Origin: Chrysomallon squamiferum
Lineage: Eukaryota; Animalia; Mollusca
Length of the DNA: 64,000 bases
Assembly (NCBI GenBank): GCA_012295275.1
Contig: CM022672.1
Span: 20,832,001 to 20,896,000, forward strand
Direction: 5' to 3'
Below the pieces are notes generated by a model, which was not told where the DNA came from, made no database searches, and saw only the letters and a list, made by a program, of their open reading frames with translations. Made by a program: the position numbers and the translations under genes. Shown piece after piece: positions 54,614 to 64,000 of the stretch. How positions within the stretch are numbered: position 1 is the first letter of the stretch; every line of letters begins with the position of its first letter.

Positions 54614-57035
54614 TAATTCTCTCTCTCTCTCTCTCTCTCCAGTTGAATATTTATCTTTATATTTTTCAAAATTTTCTTTTCTTAATTATTATATTTTCAG
54701 TAAAACACTCATCCTTAAGAAATAAATTTAATTGCGGATTTCCATTTAAAGTTTTTAAAAAGTCTACAAATAAATAAGGAAAAGAAAAGTACTTACATAG
54801 ACCAGAAGCTGAAAGTACATACGCGTACTCGTTTATAATAACTCACTCTTCGATGACACACATGTCTGTAAATAAATAAATACATCAGTGTCATTTTGTG
54901 TGTGTAAAAACTGTCCATCTATTTTTGTTGTCACTATTATTATAAACTTATTTAATTTTGTGGTAAATGATTCTTCATTCTTCCTATTATTTATTTATTT
55001 ATTTTATTTATATATATATATTTTTTATATTATTATTATAATTATCAGGGATAATAAATCGTTTGATTTTGTATAACAATATATCCGACATATGAGTAGG
55101 AGTCATTTTAAAATTCGTATATATGTCCATAATTGTATATGATATATTTATTTTATAACAGAGAACCATGAAAAAAAAATAATAATAAAATAAACGAAAA
55201 AAAAGAGTAAAGAACAGTCAGTGGATGCTTAAAGCAAAAACAAAAACCTACATAAAAATTAAGTCTTGGTTAATATAAACATTTATAATCAAAATCTTAA
55301 ATAGAGGGCACCAAATGGTCTGTTGCTATGGGCTACAAAACGGGCAGCCATGCCAGCGAAGTGACAAATCGTAAGATGACATGGCAGTTTCTAAAAGCTG
55401 GTTATTATCCAGATATTGGTTATTGATGACTAACTTAAACTTTAATGTTCAGGTAAATTGTAAACGGACAATAGAGGGTGTGTTCCATCATGGGGTTTAT
55501 TTCAATTTATGTTTTACGACTGACTTGACAAACCAGTTTGCAAATAAATCTTGTTAAATGGATAAACTATATTCGTATAAAATAAATAATCATATCGAGT
55601 AAGGGGATATTTTTGCCAAAGCAAACAGAAAAAGAAAGAAATAAAAAGTGACGTCAGTAGCATACTATAACAATGGCTGAAGGCTTTGTTTGAATAAAGA
55701 ATATTAAGTAAATAAATTAAATTTTAGACAATTGCTGAATAAGTAGGTAATAAAACAACAAAATCTACAAAACAATAACGACAAAAAACAAAAAAAGCAG
55801 CAACAAAAAAACGTATGGTAATTTCTGCTGACATTTGCTGAGTACATACAGTCGCATTTATAAGTATAAAATACACTATGACACTTTGTATTATAACACC
55901 AAAGTATTATATTATGATACTAAGAAACACGAATTGATGGACACGTGATTTTATCTTCCAATCAAATGCTCTTAGCGAACATATTTTGTTACCAATAAAC
56001 AGTTCAGGAATAAAATATCCAAAATAACGAACAAATGTCATTAGTATAATGTTTGTTCTGTCAATCTGCAATCCAAAAAGCGGGCTTTCTAGACTACTGC
56101 TTTACGAATTAGATAGCTGTGTAACCTATATGAAGTGTAGAGTAGTTAAAATCATTGAAATAAATTACAAGAAATAATATAATTTTGTTTGTTTGTTTGT
56201 TTATCAGTTCTGTTCTATTTCGACTTGTCACAAGGAAATAGCCCTGTGTGACAGAACTGTCTAAATACCAGATAATTCAAAATGTCTTCCGTAAAAAAAA
56301 AACCGGGCAACTCTCAGTGGCCTCCATTTAAAAAAAAAAAAAAACCTTATCACATTTCAGTGTTCACCATCTTTGTTGACAACTTGATACTGTACTTAGA
56401 TTTTGAAACATAAACAGCTGACATGTTTTTGACTTGCCGCTCGCCAAATCATATCTCTATAATTATTTCTTAAAGTTAAGATACTTATTTGTAAACTATT
56501 TATTTCTATATGACTGTTGCTTTGAAACTTTTTAAGCCTTAGATCAAGCACTGTTTAATAAAATAATTCTCCTTGGAATTTGTTCATTATTATTATCAAT
56601 ATGATAATTTTTTGGTGTATATATTTTTAAAAACTTACACGAAACATCAATATAATTACATGACAAACAAACAGGTTAGTTCACGACAGTATATCTTTTT
56701 AAACTTTAGGGCCCCATCATAACATAAATTGTTTTTGTTTTTAAATACGTACTGCATTGAAATTTTTAAAACCTTAGAATATACACGATTTAATAATATA
56801 ATTCAACTTGGAATGGTGTTTATTCATCATTATTATTAATATCCTAATTTTCTGGTTTATATATATTTTTTTATACATACATGAAAAATCAATTTTAATT
56901 ACATGACAAATAAATTAGTTCAAAATAATATATCTTTTCTAAATTTTAGAAGCCCATTATAACTTATGTTACATGTCCGCACTAGCTTAATCCGACCTGT
57001 CGTATAAATTTCATCTCTTTTGCTGTCTGTCACAA

Positions 57036-57074
<39 letters not shown>

Positions 57075-57155
57075 AAAAACAACTTACCCTGACCACCCAT
57101 GAGCTAAAGCTAGAAAGGAGATAAAACACAGAAATGAAAAAATTTTCACGTCCAT
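46457..57155 (-). pseudogene. Copy B: signal peptide-EMI-2xEGF-large ectodomain-FN3, without TM or kinase exons; frameshift in exon 9 and dead donor after FN3 (pseudogene or secreted ectodomain)
   Basis: Exons 57088-57155 (MDVKIFSFLCFISFLALAHGWS), 54797-54865, 54391-54494 (YCCMGWKG..CTV), 53328-53423 (CRNGGTCDRPGHCRCPAG), 52813-52926, 50775-51065, 50176-50329, 49696-49915, 48528-49352 (825 nt; needs 3n+2), 48108-48225, 47423-47623, 47057-47093, 46474-46740 (LTGLEPGTNYTI; donor reads AT, stop at 46457). The following intron matches 63560-64000 of copy C. Confidence 0.85.
51767..52533. mobile_element. pogo/Tigger-type MITE in an intron of copy B
   Basis: TIR CCGTATATACTTGTGTA ... TACACAAGTATATACGG, TA on both sides, subterminal TCGACTTATAC repeats. 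Confidence 0.88.
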
Positions 57156-59063
57156 CTTGATTTGATGTTTCTTCGAAAATGAATAAGGCACTGTGGATCA
57201 GGAAGTTATTCGTCAAAGGAAAAATCCAATGCCAAAAAAAAAAAAAAATAATAAAAAAAATAAATAAATAAATAAATAAATAAAAAAACACAAAGAAAAA
57301 CAACACAAGTAATAATACGAGCTGGAATATACGGGTGTACAAGAAGGAAGTATGGTTGATATATTTCTTTCCTGAATATTTTAATACTTATTTACATTTC
57401 AAAGTTTTGGTTTATCATATAAAAACATTGTCATTTACATAAAAAGAAACAAGAAGTAAAAAGAGAAGGAAATTCTAAGATTTTCTATTACAAAGTCTGA
57501 TTAATAATAATAATATAATGATGATGATGACGACGACGACGACGACGATGATGATGATGATGATTCATGTACACTGGTGAAGGATGCTTATCTAAGCAGA
57601 TTTCGATTTTCACGAACAGATGCTGTTTTAAGTCTTCCGGAGCTTGGACAGTTTTGACGGCAATTTAGTGACACCCAAGCTGTCTTGGATGAACCCTGCC
57701 ATTTTTCATTCCATTTATTCTCTATGTCTTGTCATTATAGTTTCACTTGAAAATGTAATTTTTTATCGATTATAGACAGTGAAAAAACGCGGAAAAAAAA
57801 GAAAAAAAAAGTGATTTGTTAACTTGTAGGACCATATCATTTTAATGCATTCTAGGGAATGTTAGCAGACTGCACATACATTGCAGACTGACATGTACAC
57901 GAAGGTATCTTTGCTTGTACGACTAGTTGAATGAATTTTTAATTCTTCTTTAAAACCAAAACAATATTCACATAATAGGTGACATGTGCTTATCTTTTTG
58001 TACTAAGTATAATTATATGTAAGGGTTAAAACTCTCCATGTTGATAAACATTTAACATTCATTTTATATGCAGGATTAAGTTAGAATATCTTGGCTCTAT
58101 AGTTATTCACCTCTTACAATTTTTGACTTTCAATCAGGTGCTTCGAGAACAGAATAAAACTTTCAATACAGAAACTTCACATTGTGCAAAATGTGCAACT
58201 AAAACGATATTATATTTAAATGTCTCTAAATATGCTTGCTTCGATGGACATTTAAAAAAATACATTGGCAAAAGCCATCTGTATTTAAGAGTATTATTAA
58301 TTTACGAAAGATTTAAAATGTACATTTATCTCAGATATAACTGGTTTGGGGTATTGAATTAGTTCCACTTATCCTGTTAAGGCAAATATTAAATGAGAAG
58401 AAAAAAAAGAGAAATAAAGGTAAATAAAACAAAAAACAATCCAATTAATATTGAATTAATTAAACATTGTTAATTTAATCAAATGAATGGGAAGAGAATT
58501 TAATAATACAAAACACACCAGCCAAACACTGTTTGTCATAGTTTATTGTATATTTAATTAATAATACAGCAAGTTTTGTGGATACAGCCATTGTTTTCCC
58601 CATCTTAGGAATAATCAGTTTTTAAGCATGTGAATTGTTGAAAAAATATTTACTGCTGAAAAAATGTATTGATATAAATATTATTTTACTATTCAATTTA
58701 TTTTGATAAATAATATTTATAACTGGTCATTACTTCTATTCATTGATATTAGTATGATATGCTTCTTTTTTTAAATTATTTTGCCAGTGTCAGAATGCTG
58801 TATTATGGCAGTGATATCTTGACTTGAACGTCACATGATATCAGCTAGAATGAAAGAAAACCTTTTTCTTTTTAATTTTAAAATTCAATTAGCTATATGG
58901 TAATATGCTTATTTTGAATATATAATTTTTTTATATACATATATTCTGTGGGGTTTTTTTGTGTGCGCGTGTGTGTGTGTGTGTATGTGTGTGTGTATTT
59001 GTGTGTGTACATATATATATATGTATATATAATTAATAATATATTTTTATAAAATATACTTAC

Positions 59064-63538
<4,475 letters not shown>

Positions 63539-64000
63539 CTGAAAACAAATCTAACTAAGTATCTAACTAAATAACATTTTTGCTTGAAGTCCTTTTATAT
63601 TAAATGACAATGAAATGTATTCTCTGAATATCATGTAAAGGAGTGAATAACAAGGAAATGATGACTTATTTGCTTCAAATATTTATTTGATGAAAGATAT
63701 CTTACTTATTTACATTTCAGTTTTCAAATAAAACATTAAAAACTAAATAAACAATAAAACGAAATTAATGAAAATGAAAGAAAAAGCCACCATTATCTTC
63801 CAAAGATTTTTGAATGATTATTCCAGATTTAAAATTAAAAGAAGAGTTGAGAAACAGTTGCCAAAATATTGTAATTCATGTACGTATAAAATTATGTAAC
63901 ACCAATAACACATTTAGTTAATGATAACATAGGTAATTAATGTTATTTTTTTACATTATATGTTACTAGCTATTAGCATGAGCTATTATTATTGCAGCTG

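Noticed and set aside
56920-57342. 140-aa hydrophobic ORF with a paralog at 30305-30526
   Set aside because: It is an off-frame reading across exon 1, its UTR and A/T tracts; the true frame is the MDVK signal peptide.

Overview
AT-rich, intron-rich animal genomic DNA, most consistent with a lophotrochozoan such as a mollusc (inferred from gene content, not verified). Most ORFs in the supplied track are microsatellite or antisense artefacts, so I rebuilt the genes by splicing GT-AG exons and checking phases. (1) 1143-19778 (-): a secreted F5/8C (discoidin) + VWD gene of VWDE type, with a 1-nt frameshift in one exon and a full-length but disrupted I-group LINE (11-bp TSD) in an intron. (2) 24.3-64 kb (-): a tandem array of one receptor gene family, signal peptide-EMI-EGF-EGF-large ectodomain-FN3-TM-tyrosine pseudokinase (HRD>HRK, DFG>GFG). 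It has three members: copy C (TM + pseudokinase, runs off the right edge), copy B (ectodomain only, donor GT>AT then stop) and copy D (deleted pseudogene), plus inverted fragments and a 46-bp exon fragment inside a TA microsatellite. (3) Many TEs: five insertions of one LINE family, a Gmr1-type Gypsy whose RT/RNase H core is replaced by a tRNA-Leu-like 5' half fused to an Hsp90 fragment, MULE and Tc1 remnants, MITEs and a probable tRNA-SINE. Several intronic minisatellites are amplified copies of the adjacent splice sites. All family assignments are from motif recognition; no database searches were run.
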